The translations under genes were made by a program, and so were the position numbers. Below, in pieces: positions 1 to 12,061 of a stretch of 64,000 bases of DNA. This stretch comes from Octopus sinensis. Taxonomy: Eukaryota. The stretch covers positions 34,596,001 through 34,660,000 of the forward strand of contig NC_042998.1 of assembly GCF_006345805.1 (NCBI RefSeq), written 5' to 3'. The number at the start of each line of letters is the position of its first letter. The stretch's first letter is position 1. Under the pieces are notes generated by a model. The model saw only the letters and a list, made by a program, of their open reading frames with translations. It did no database searches and had not been told where the DNA came from.

Positions 1-1450
1 CAAAATTACACAGCATTGGTGCCATGGAGTCTCAGAAGGATTTCTAATGGCACAAAAACTGTTACATGCAGAATGTAAACATTATGCTAAAGATAGATTT
101 CTAGCAAATTAAAACATCACGAAAAAAGGGGAAAGAATACCCTGAAGATGTTGCCGATTTTAGCACCAAACTCTAAAAATGTTCAATAGTGCACAGGTCA
201 CGAAGTACACAATAAGCTTTCGTCTATTATTTCTTGAAATTATATTTTTTGTTTTTATTCTTGCGTATCTTATTGTCCTTTTTTTTTTTTACTTATTTTT
301 GTGTGTATGTATATGTGTGCATACATATGTGCGCATATGTGTACGGTACTCCCCCACATTTTGGAAGTGATGTGTTCCTGAAAATCTTGTAAAGAAAAAT
401 GCATTCTGATGTTTTTGCTTTTTTTTATGTAACAAGAAAATACAAACAACACAACCATTTTCTATGCATGAAAATAACGATTCTAAATATAAACATAGAA
501 TCATTTCACAAGAAATGCTTAAAGGAATAAATAAGTATCTAAATCAGAGGTCCTCAACTGAGGTCTGTATGTCCCTTGGAGGTCCTTAAACATGAAATGT
601 TTATGAGGGTCAATCTGTATAGTATAGGTGAAACGGTAATCCTATGGCCACAAGTCCACTGCCCTAACCACTGGGCCATTGTGTCTCCACACACACATAA
701 ATGTATACATCGTCTGATCACAAAGTATCAGGACTGTTGCTATTGACATTCAACTCTGTCGTGCAGGCACTCTGAGTTATGTTGTTTGTAGAAGTGCTCA
801 GAAGTGTGTTGAGTGTGGTTGTCTCAGAAAGGAGATCAGAGTTTGAGCTGCACAGGATCTCCTTGAATTGTGTCAAGGATAATGAAAACTTTTTGAAAAT
901 GGTCATAACAACAACAGGTGATGAATTGTGGGTCTGTGGCAATAACCCTAAAACTAAGGCTTAGTCTTTGCAGTGATAGACTACCCCACCCTGCAACAAG
1001 ATTTCAAGACATTTAGGAAATCCAAGAGACTGGAATGGGGCAGCTGCATGCTGTCCCAAAAAGGAAGTTCCAAAAATGCTTCCATCAATAGAAATAATGC
1101 TGGATAAAATGTGTGGCTTCCAGAAAGAGATTACTTTGATTAACTGTTAAACTGAATTATGTCGTAGTTATTTTATTAGGGTTATTTCTACAGAAATTAT
1201 AACCAGCAATGTTCTTTTGCTCCATATTGGGACATCAGATGTAAACCACACAATGAGATCAGAGTCAAAAATGGGTAATGAGTGTATGTGCCATATTTTG
1301 GGTGGTGGGGGACTTTGCTCTCATTCTTTGTTTGCATGCTGGCTATAATTTCTATGGAATATCTGTAGAAAGAACCTTAATAAAAAATGTAAAATCGCAC
1401 TGCTAACACAGTAGAACATGGTTTGACTTATAAAAGCATTTAATACTCTC

Positions 1451-1856
1451 TCTCACTTTTACTTGTTTCAGTCCTTTGACTGTGGCCATGCTGGAGCACT
1501 ACCTTTAGTTGAGCAAATCGACCCCAGGACTTATTCTTTGTAAGCCCAGTACTTATTCTATCGATCTCTTTTGCCGAACCGCTAAGTTACAAGGATGTAA
1601 ACACACCAGCATCAGTTGTCAAGCGATGTTGGGGGGAAAAACACACACACACTAACATATATATACACACATATATATATATATATATACATATATGTGA
1701 CAGGCTTCTTTCAGTTTCCGTCTACCAAAGCCACACACAAGGCTTTGGTCGACCCGAGGCTATAGTAGAAGACACTTGCCCAAGGTGCCACGCAGTGGGA
1801 TTTGAACCTGGAACCATGTGGTTGGTAAGCAAGCTACTTACCACACAGCCACTCCT
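1451..1856 (-). mobile_element. SINE family A, full length
   Basis: Reverse complement of the 19594-19988 copy, with internal (TA/CA)n. Confidence 0.85.
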
Positions 1857-2272
1857 ATAATCTATATTTATAGCATAGTATGGTTGTATAACCAAATACC
1901 AAGTACCTACAAATCATTAATTTGTAAATTTCTCTACAGAACACCATTCCCAATACTTTTTGATCAGACTTCAGGTTTGTGTGTGTGTAATTGTGTAAAC
2001 CTTAGAGATTCTTAATATCCTTCTGTGTATTGCATAACACTTCTTACACCCATCCCCCACCTTTGTACTTTGTAAACCTTTTTTTTTTTGTTTTTGCATA
2101 CATCACATTATCCTTTCACCGTATCCCCCTAGTGAGAATTTTGTCTTTCTTTGAGCCTTTGAAGCTTAAGGAGATCATTATTATTAATATTGGAATCATT
2201 ATTCTCATAATACAATTATTAATAAGCAATAATAAATCTCTGAATGCGGTATAAACAGTAGCTGCACAACAA

Positions 2273-2490
2273 TGTGAAGTATATTTGACACTTAAATGTG
2301 GCTAACCCTTAAGGGTTGATGCTACTGTAGCTTGTAGCCCCAGGAGAACATCTTCTCCAGCTGGCTATTCACACAGGGCACAGAAAGTGTGTGAATAGCC
2401 AGCTGGAGAAGATGTTCTCCTGGGGCTACAAGCTACAGTAGCATCAACCCTTAAGGATTAGCCACATTTAAGTGTCAAATATACTTCACA
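2273..2490. repeat. Near-perfect palindrome, 102-nt arms, 14-nt spacer
   Basis: 2273-2374 is the reverse complement of 2389-2490, with one mismatch seen. Confidence 0.93.
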
Positions 2491-2516
2491 AATTATTAAT
2501 GATATTTCTGTTTATG

Positions 2517-2732
2517 TAAGGCAGCAAGCTGGCAGAAACATTAGCATGCCAGGTGAATTGCTTAGCGACATTTCATCTGTATTTACATTCTGAGTTCAAA
2601 TTTCGCCAAGGTCAACTTTGCCTTTCATCCTTTTGGGGTCAATAAGTTAAGTACCAATTGCATACTGGGGTCAATCTAATCGACTGGACTCCTCCCCAAA
2701 AATTTTTGGCTTTGTGTCTAGAGTAGAAAAGA
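2517..2732 (+). mobile_element. SINE family B (tail type 1) with TSD
   Basis: Head GGCAGCAAGCTGGCAGAA, central CTTTGCCTTTCATCCTTT.GGGGTC; 15-bp TSD ATATTTCT(G/A)TTTATG at 2502 and 2733. Confidence 0.85.
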
Positions 2733-2984
2733 ATATTTCTATTTATGCATTTATTCCAATAACAGAAATTATCATATAAAATGTTAAGAATCATTGTTGT
2801 GTTCTAAACATTTCAAACGGTGTGTAGGTTTTAGCAGATTGTTTTTTGTTTTTAGTACAAACGACATATTTGGGGAAATAAGGCAGAGAAATCACTTTTA
2901 TGGGAAAAACTTTTGAAAATAGAGATACAAGCAACAAAAGTTTTGATGAAATGAAGCACATTCATAAATCAACATTATTCAACT

Positions 2985-3370
2985 CATTATCATCATCATT
3001 TAACATCCATCTTCCAGGCAAGGGTTGGACAGTTTGAAAGGAAGTGGTAAGCCAGAGGACTGCACCAATCTCCACAACCTACTTTGGCATGGTATTTATG
3101 GTTGGTTGCCTTTCAAGTGGTTCCAGCATCAGTGAGGTTTGCTTTGACAACTCATCACCACTGTCATTTAATGTCTATTTTCTATGCTGGCATGGGTTGG
3201 ATGGTTTGACTGAGGACTGGCAAGCTGGGGTGCTGCCCCAGGCCCCAATTGTCTGTTTTGGCATGGTTTCTACAGACGGATGCCCTTCCTAACATTCACC
3301 CCTTTACAGAGTGTACCGGGTCCTTTTCACATGTTGCCACCACTGGTGCTTTTGCATGGCACCAGCATGC
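2985..3370 (-). mobile_element. Family C (GAT)n-tailed SINE-like element
   Basis: The + strand shows (CAT)n-TTAACATCC...GGATGCCCTTCCTAAC. Confidence 0.7.
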
Positions 3371-4104
3371 CAAACAGCACCTGTTCTGGTGCACTGAAGA
3401 AGATGTATTAGAAATGGCAAAGAGAAGATTATTTTGCACAGATGAGGACTATAGGTGAAAGAACAAGATAGAGAAGATAGAAAATGGAGGAAAAGTGTCA
3501 AAAGGGAAGTTCTTCATCATTTCATCAGAAAAAAAAAAAAGATTGTGTGACAGTGGAATTGGTTGAAAGGGGGATGTAGTAACAAAGGAAACAGAAGACT
3601 GCACAAGAATAACTGATTAAAGGTTGTGATATTCGATGCGTTGTAGACAAAATTGTTAATCGTATTGAAAGATGTAGTAAGATATCACAAAAATAAGAGG
3701 AAGACAAGACAGGATAAGGAAATGGATACCATGAGAGAATTGGTAAGCTGAGAATTGGTACCAAAATTAACCAGATGTTCTCTTTGATAATGGCTACATC
3801 TGTAATTCTGTGAAATTTTTTAGTGCAAAATAACCATGTAATAAAAGCACAAAACCCAAATATTATTATTAAAGAGTAAAAATGATAATAGAATATGGAA
3901 ACTCATAGATTTCTTTCTCCATTTGACAATATGTTCAAAGTGGAGGAAAATGAAATGATTGAATAGTCCGATTCCTGAAAAGACACTTAGATAATCACCA
4001 AAACATCTTGATTAAATCTCTAAATGTTTAGGATGAGTTGTTGTGAATAGAATTATAAGTTTTAAGACTTTTAACTTTATCTTTAAGGTGGCAAGCTTCT
4101 AAAA

Positions 4105-4965
4105 TAGTGGTTCTCAAGTGGGGGTCCATACGACCCTTGCAGTTCCATAAAATATTTTGTTCTTAAATTTATGTGCAATAGGCATAGGAACAGCTGTGTG
4201 GTAAGAAGCTTGCTTCCCAACCACATGGTTCTGGGTTCAGACCCACTGCATGGCACCTTGAGCTAGTGTCTTCTACTATAGCCTCAGGCTGACTGAAGCC
4301 TTGTGAGTGGATTTGGTAGATGGAAACTGAAAGAAGCCTGTTGTATATATGTATTTGTGTGTCTGTGTTTGTCTCCCACATCATTACCTGACAACCAATG
4401 TTAGCGTGGTCACATCCCCGTAACCTAGCAGTTCAGTGAAAGAGACTGATAGGCTTACAAAGAATGTCCCGGGGTCGATTTGTTCAACTAGAGGTGGTGC
4501 TCCAGCATGGCTGCAGTCAAATGACTGAAACAAGTAAAAGAATAACAAACTGGTTATACTTCTGCTGCACACAAAATATTTCAACAATTTTTTTATTTCC
4601 AATTCCTTATAATATTGGCTCCAAATTTTGGCACATGGCCAGCAGTTTTGTGGGGAGGGGCCAAATCGATTAAACTGCCCTCCATGTTCAACTGGTACTT
4701 ATTTTATTGACCCTGAAAGGATGAAAGGAAAAGTCAGCCTTGGTGCAATTTGAACCCAAGAACGTAGAGACAGACTAAATGCTGCTAAGTATCTTGCCTG
4801 ATGTGCTAAGAATTCTGCCAGTTCAATGCTTTGAACTATTTCTTACAGTATTGAATTATAAATATATAATAAGGTTTCTTTTAAACACTGAATGGCTATG
4901 TGAGTCCATGCAAGTAAAATTGCAATCAAGGGTGTCAATAGGTAAAAAATGGTTGAGAGCCACTC
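4105..4965. mobile_element. hAT-type MITE with nested SINEs
   Basis: Termini TAGTGGTTCTCAA / TTGAGAGCCACTC; 8-bp TSD TTCTAAAA (4097-4104) / TTCTAGAA (4966-4973). Confidence 0.75.
4181..4542 (+). mobile_element. SINE family A, nested in a hAT MITE
   Basis: Head GCTGTGTGGTAAGAAGCTTGC to tail GACTGAAACAAGTAAAAG. Confidence 0.82.
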
Positions 4966-5147
4966 TTCTAGAATATTCTCCAGTATACACAGGGCACTAA
5001 TTCCATGGTAAGTACTCAACCACTTTGGACATTATTTATATTATTTACATTTGACAGATATTGGTCATCTTGTTTGTTGCTAAGAATTTTTTTTCTGGCA
5101 TGCTAACAATTCTGACATTTCACTGCCTAAATAACAATAATAGTAAT

Positions 5148-5780
5148 TATTTCAAATTTTTGCCACAAGGGCAGCTTGAGGGAGGTGGGGATTAGTTGCT
5201 TACATCAACCCCAGTGTTCAACTGGTTCTTATTTTATTGACCCTGAAAGGATGAAAGGCAAATTTGACCATAGCAGAATTTGAACTCAGAACATAGCGAT
5301 GGGCAAAATACTGCTAAACATTTCGTCCAGTGTGCTAACAATTCTGCCAGCTCACTGCCTTAATAATAATAATAATCTTTTCTACTCTAGGCACAAGGCC
5401 TGAAATTTTGGGGGAGGGGAGCCAGTCGATTAGATCATCCCAGTATGCAACTGGTACTTAATTTATCGACCCCAAAAGGATGAAAGGCAAAGTCAACCTC
5501 AGTAGAATTTGAACTCAGAACGTAAAGACAGATGAAATACCACTCTGCATTTCGGCTGGTGTGCTAGCTTTTCTGCCAACTCACTGCTTTAATAATGATA
5601 ATAATGTTTGCTAACAGAGGCACATGGTGAAAAATTTGTGGGGAGATGCTAGAGAGTTAAATTGAGCCCAGGACTGGAGTGATGCTTTATTTTGTGGTAC
5701 CTGGAAACATGAAAGGTGGAATTGACGAGGCTAGGACAAACTCAGACAATAAAGAGCTGGAATAAATGCAAATATATGCA
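5148..5780 (-). mobile_element. Three consecutive family B SINEs
   Basis: Three head-to-tail repeats of the GAAAGGATGAAAGGCAAA block; another copy at about 4615-4830. Confidence 0.75.
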
Positions 5781-7123
5781 CTTGTATTTGAAACAATTAT
5801 TATTGGTGTTGAAGTTGTCAAGAAATGTCACTACTGTTTATCTTAATGAGATTTCATATTGATCACAGCAGTAGCTTCATACCTTGAGATTTAGTCAACA
5901 AAAACTTCTCAAATCAAAAATACTTCAAAAGCATCTTATACAAGAGATGAAGATTTTTGTTTCTTTTTGTTTCTTTTTTTTTTTCTCTTTTGCTTTGTAA
6001 TTCCATTTCTCTAGTCTCCATGAAGTAGGACTTAAACAATACTGGCAACAGCCTACTGCAGCCAAAACCGGATCTCCCATTTGGCAATAAATACTGTAAA
6101 TAAATGACCAAAGTGGCCGAGTACTTATCATAGAATCGGTGCCCTGTGTACACTGGAGAATACTTTAGACGCTTGCTAACCTAAAGATAAAGTCAAAAGT
6201 CTTAAAACTTATAATTTTATTTGCAACAACTCATCCCAAACGTTTAGAGATTTAATCAAGATGTTTTGGTGATTATCTAAGTGTCTTTTCAGGAATCGGA
6301 CTATCCAATCATTTCATTTTCTTCCACTTTGCACATATTGTCAAACGGAGAAAGAAATCTATGAGTTTCCATATTCTATTTTCGTTTTTACTCTTTAATA
6401 ATAATATTTGGGTTTTGTGCTTTTATTACATGGTTATTTTGCACTAAAAAATTTCACAGAATTACAGATGTAGCCATTATCAAAGAGAACATCTGGTTGA
6501 TTTTGGTACCAATTCTCAGCTTACCAATTCTCTCATGGTATCTATTTCCTTATCCTGTCTTGTCTTCCTCTTATTTTTGTGATATCTTACAACATCTTTC
6601 AATATGATTAACAATTTTGCTTACAACGCATCGAATATCACAACCTTTAATCAGTTATTCTTGTGCAGTCTTCTGTTTCCCTCGTTACCACATCCCCCTT
6701 TCAACCAATTCCACTGTCACACAATCTTTATTTTTTTTTTCTGATGAAATGATGAAGAACTTCCCTTTTGACACTTTTCCTCCATTTTCTATCTTTTCCA
6801 TCATGTTCCTTCACCTTTAGTCTTTTTTTTGTAATACTTGAGGTTTCTTACATATTTTTTCAACTTCCCTATTTACCAAGAGAACTGTGTTTGATGTAAG
6901 TCTTCACCCCTCCCCTTCCCACCACCTTTCTTTTTGTATGTAGGCACATGTGTGACTATGTTGTAAGAAGCTTACTTCCCATCGACATGGTTCCAAGTTC
7001 AGTTCTACAGCATTGCACCTTCTGGAAATGCTTTCTACTACACCACCAGGCCAACAGAAGACTTGTTAGTGGATTTGGTAGCAGATACTGAAAGAAGCCT
7101 GTTATATCATCCTCATCCTCATC

Positions 7124-7168
<45 letters not shown>

Positions 7169-7170
7169 AA

Positions 7171-7470
7171 GGGAAAGTTTACGAAAATAAACAAAAGATG
7201 AAGACAGGTGGAGTACAAACAAACAAATGTATTAGTATAGCGCTCATGAATAGAAAAAGTATTTTACGTTTCGAGCCTATGCTCTTCGACAGAAAGATAC
7301 ACAGAAAAAAACAAGGAGAGAAAATATGCGTGTAGGAGCTTACGATCTATCATGGCAGCTGTTGGACCCGACATTGCTTGTGTTTTCTGTTTTGAAGTTA
7401 AGCCCACCTCTGACCTTGTATTGAATAAACATTTCGTTAGAGACTATTCTATCGATTTTGTTGAAATTTT
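7171..7470 (-). mobile_element. 3' remnant of a Penelope-like element (ORF end plus hammerhead-bearing repeat)
   Basis: Minus-strand reading NFNKIDRIVSNEMFIQYKVRGGLNFKTENTSNVGSNSCHDRS* resembles the E-x-x-FI-x6-GLN end of PLE GIY-YIG domains. It is followed by a minimal hammerhead and ends in (TA)n. Confidence 0.6.
7260..7297 (-). ncRNA. Minimal hammerhead motif, second family
   Basis: UCUUU-CUGUCGA-A-GAGC(AUAG)GCUC-GAAAC-GUA-AAAUA. Core A6 reads U; palindromic ACGU helix III; GUA triplet. Confidence 0.55.
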
Positions 7471-7889
7471 CATCATCATCATCGTTTAACATCCGTTTTC
7501 CGCGCTAGCACAGCCTAGACAGTTGACCGAGGTCTGCTCCAGTCTGATCTGGCTGTGTTTCTACAGCTGGATGCCCTTCATAACACCAACCACTCTGTAA
7601 GTGTAGTGGGTGCTTTTTACGTGCCACCGGCACAGATGCCAGGGGAGGCTGGCAGCAGCCACGTGAAAAAATGCAGAAGCTACTGGAAAAATAACATCGT
7701 TATGGGAATTTCTATTCAAACGCCTGATTGAGCTCATAAAAATTGATGCCAATTGAGCATTATCAAGTTTTTGAAAAATTCCAACCTTATTTGAACTTCC
7801 GGGCATATGATATACCTATGTGCCGAAAATCATTAAAATCAGTTGGACGGTGTGGGAGGAGTTAGAGTAACCCCCAAAAGACACAGACA

Positions 7890-8719
7890 GACACCATTAC
7901 ACATTTATGTATATATATGTATTTCATTTTTGTATTTGGTTTGCACACACATGTATACATACACACGCACACACGTACATGCATGCATAAATACATACAC
8001 ACACGCATGCATACAAACATACGCACATACAAATGAAGACTGAAAGATATGACCATATATACACACACTTCACACAAGGACATATATGGAAACACACATC
8101 CATACATAACAGACACACATACAGTCACACAAACATGCACACACAAGGAGACAGAGGTACACTCACACAAATACACAGACATGAACACAAACACACACAA
8201 GCACATGGATATGGAAACACGCGCACATACATGCATACTCACATACATGTACTACATAGATATGTGTACACACATGCATGCACACAAAAAACAGACGAAC
8301 AAAAAAGAAAAGAACAGACAGTCAATGACTATTCAAAAGGTTGCAAAACAAAGATTTTAGAAAGAATAAAATGAGTGGAAATCAGACCAATGTGTGTGTT
8401 AAATTAATAAGGAACTAAAAGAGAATGACTCTCCTGAGACACAATGTATATGTGTGTGTGTATACATCTGTATATATATGTGTGTGTGTATACATCTGTA
8501 TATATATATGTATGTACATATAATACATGTGTGTATATATGCACATACATATGTATGTACATATATGTGTATATACATATATGTATGTACATATATGTGT
8601 GTGTGTGTATGTTTCCTTGCCCGGATTGGCCTCACCAGCCACCTCCGGTCTCATGGCGGCAGTTCCATCAGATGATGTCAGTTGGTCATCTTCGAACCGA
8701 AGGACGAACATTATTATAT

Positions 8720-8765
<46 letters not shown>

Positions 8766-8949
8766 GTACATATATACATATAAGTATGTACATCTATATA
8801 CATAGGTATATATAAATGTATATATATATGTGTGTATATGTATATATATATGTGTGTGTATATATAGGTGTGTATAAGTATGTATTATATATATATGTAT
8901 GTGTGTGTATATATATGTGTGTATGTATATATATATATGTGTGTTTATG

Positions 8950-8980
<31 letters not shown>

Positions 8981-9017
8981 TTATGTATGTATATATATGT
9001 GTGTGTGTGTGTATATG

Positions 9018-9060
<43 letters not shown>

Positions 9061-9089
9061 ATATATATGTGTGTGTGTGTGTGTATATG

Positions 9090-9164
<75 letters not shown>

Positions 9165-9181
9165 GTGTGTGTGTGTGTATG

Positions 9182-9223
<42 letters not shown>

Positions 9224-9260
9224 CGTGTGTGTGTGTGTATATATGTATATATAAGTGATT
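7890..9260. repeat. Compound (CA)/(TA)/(TG) microsatellite field
   Basis: Direct inspection; source of the many H/T/Y/I and C/V/Y/I ORFs. Confidence 0.95.
8611..8710 (+). mobile_element. RTE (BovB-like) LINE 3' end, heavily 5'-truncated
   Basis: Peptide [12 protein letters not shown] resembles the RTE C-terminal motif; tail GATGTCAGTTGGTCATCTTCGAACCGAAGGACGAAC resembles RTE 3' UTRs; inserted in a microsatellite. Confidence 0.65.
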
Positions 9261-11731
9261 GTATAACCGTTTGTGATTGTCCCCTCTACCACCACCACAT
9301 GACAACCAATGTTTGTTTGTTTGCATCTCTGTAACTTATTGGTTTGGCAGAAGAGAATAATAGAATAACTGCCAGGCTTCTAAGAACAAGTACTAATGTC
9401 AATTTGTTCAGCTAAAACATTCAAGATGATGCTCCAGCATGGCTGCAATCCAATGACTGAAAGAAGTAAATGATAATAAGCAGAAGATACAAGATATATT
9501 TGAATAGCATTGATTCATAAATGGAATCCATTTTTGTTTCCGTTTTTGAGAAAGAAACACTATAGGTTCATCTCATTGTTTAAAATTTTGTGTTTTTAAA
9601 GAATCTATAATTTCTTAGAAAAATCTCTATAGATCCCAGAAATTCCATCAGAGTATTCATGGTTGAGTGGTGGGCTGAGAGAGAAGCCATTGACAATTCT
9701 GAGAGAGAGGAAGGGAGACTTGAATGTTTCACAGCTTTCTGCTTCAGTACAAACAATAATCTTGTGGCCATGGCAACAAGGTTTGACGTCACTGCGACAC
9801 TAATTTCTACAGCCGTGATGTCACAGCATAGAGACAAGAAGTATCCTGAAAATTGTTGCAGCAGTTAGAACAACAACAACAACAACGGTGAAATGCAGGC
9901 CATTAAAAACACAAGTGATATTGTTTGCCCTGGGGTGATGGTACTTCCTGCTGAGGAAGTAAACAGCACTCTTAAAAATAACCATTCTCTGCAACAGTGA
10001 CATTCACAATAGCAACTACATCAACTAAAACAACTTCTAATTATACTACAGGTAGTATACAAAAATGACATCTTGAAGAAGTCTTCCTACCAGCAACAGG
10101 AAGAAATGGCTGAAGCTGTGATCCACTCTTTAAGAAGGAAGATGTCAAGAACAACTAGAAGATATCTGAAAAATAGCAGAGGATGGAGGAAGAAGAGAAG
10201 AGAATGAAGAGACTCAAGAAAAACTAACCTGGAAAATCTAAATGTTTGGCAGTGCCAAAACAAATAAAAACCAGATACACCAGCCAACCAATAAATGAAT
10301 ATGACAAGGGGAAAAAAACCCCCAAAAGAATGAATAAAAACAGCCACAACAACAATAGCAATACAAAAAGAAGCTATAATAATTTCCAACCTGACTTTCC
10401 CTAGAATGCTAGAGAAATGCAAATAATACATGAGGACTTGGGCAAACCATAGTTGGTCACAGGAGAGAACTTGTTAATTTAGATCAGCCTAAAACATGCA
10501 AGAGAGTCAACCATAGCTATTTGGCATCAGTCATAAGTGATGCTGGTTTTAGCCCCATCTTCAAAGTCTGTTTCACTACAATATACAATGGAACTCGTTG
10601 AATGGTCAAAATAAATCACCATCTCTTGGAACCTTTTTTACACTGAGTGCTTGGTCCATCAAGGATATTCTCTCACCTTTCTCTAGTATATTTTGGTGCT
10701 GGTATCATTTTTGTGGAAGCTGGAAATTTTGAGGGGCAACCCACACAAATAGAAGCAGACTAAAGCCATGTCTACATAGGCAGCTGACATCTTCATCTTT
10801 GTGGCAGACGGCAGCTGGCATTATATCAGGAGAGTATTAGGAATGAGGAAATACATGACCCAAAATAAGTGGGTTGGTTTGCCATTAAGCACCTAGTGAT
10901 GCAAATCCATTCTGGCTACCAGTTTTTATTATTATAATTATTATTATTATTACAAGACTGGGGGTCTGATTAAAGTGCTGGTTTAGATCAGATCTCCAGA
11001 TGGAATAAAACTGGGATGAGACCAGAGTGGCCAGCCTCATACAGAAATGAGCTTAAAGGAAACTATCCCTGAGAGGTCAGGCAGATGTGACTGGTACCAA
11101 CATAACCTCAGTGGTGTACTTCTTACTCTCTGACCATCAAACTGTGTCCTAGGGAACACCTCACCAGGCTGGAGCAGGTGCAATTTCACTTATTGTGGTC
11201 ATGAAATCTATTTGCTGCCGACACCCACTTCTTGATGGTTTGGGGAGGTTCTTACTAATAATTCACTGGCTTGTGCTAAGTTTGATGCCTGCAGAGCCTC
11301 CTGGTTTCTATGACAACCATAGTGAACAAAATGAAGAGAGTGAACAAGAAGAAATGGTTTGCAGTGTTTCGTGCTTCTTTTTATGTCCTGCATTCAAAAT
11401 CCTGCTGCTATGTGCTTTTACTTTCATCCTTTTACGATTGATTGAATAAAATACCAGAATAAAGTAAAAATTGCTGACCTTTTACTTAAATCAGACACTC
11501 TTATTTGATTATTATTGTTGTTGCTGTTATTGTTACCGTCATCATTCTCAGAATGCATTAGATTTTAAGAATCAGTAAAGGTCTTAGTTAAGTCAACTTT
11601 GCCTTTCATCATTCTAGGTTCAATATAGTTTGAAGAACTTGGATGGATAAAACAGTTCAATATTTAAGAGATGAGGAATTATTTACATTATTTACATTTG
11701 ACAGATATTTGTCTTCATCTTGTTTGTTGTT

Positions 11732-11777
11732 AACACAACATTTCAGCTGATATACCCTCCAGCCTTCATCAGGTGTC
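11732..11777 (-). ncRNA. Minimal type I hammerhead ribozyme motif, closest copy to consensus
   Basis: GACAC-CUGAUGA-A-GGCUG(GAGGGUAUAU)CAGCU-GAAAU-GUU-GUGUU. Stem I GACAC/GUGUU, stem II 5 bp. Two CpG-type transitions relative to the family consensus. Confidence 0.65.
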
Positions 11778-11930
11778 TCGAAGAACTTTCGAACCTGGGT
11801 TCTCGTTCCCGAGGTATTTTTCAATGTTGTTATTATTATCCACTATGCCATATGCCCACAGGCATATGGTGTAGTGGCTAAGAGCGTAGGCTGCTAACCC
11901 CAAGATTCCAAGTTCGATTCCAGGCAGTGA

Positions 11931-11968
<38 letters not shown>

Positions 11969-12015
11969 TCGGATAATACCTTAGGAATGAGAACCCAGGT
12001 TCGAAATTTCCCCAA

Positions 12016-12061
12016 GACACCTGATAAAGGCTGGAGGATATATCAGCCGAAACATTGTGTT
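12016..12061 (+). ncRNA. Degenerate hammerhead motif in the right arm (core CUGAUAA)
   Basis: GACAC-CTGATAA-A-GGCTG...CAGCC-GAAAC-ATT-GTGTT. G8 and G16.2 are changed, so probably inactive. Confidence 0.5.

Larger units (their letters stand above)
3447..6822. repeat. Long inverted duplication: arms 3447-5038 (interrupted by 4105-4973) and 6097-6822
   Basis: About 720 nt of otherwise unique sequence is present in both orientations with only scattered substitutions. Confidence 0.92.

Noticed and set aside
8650-8712. CAGATGA...GGACGAAC read as a hammerhead
   Set aside because: Core and stem I do not fit; the segment is better explained as an RTE LINE 3' tail following the [12 protein letters not shown] frame.
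7862-9334. Long ORFs up to 303 aa (for example 8415-9326) in several frames
   Set aside because: They are translations of (CA)/(TA)/(TG) dinucleotide repeats, which lack stop codons.
9580-10450. Purine-rich, coding-looking stretch
   Set aside because: All frames are interrupted by stops and I recognise no domain; possibly an old TE relic but unsupported.
11862-11935. Possible tRNA genes here and at 19594, 36106 and 58135
   Set aside because: A and B boxes are present but no complete cloverleaf acceptor stem is evident, and each continues into a repeat body; these are SINE heads.
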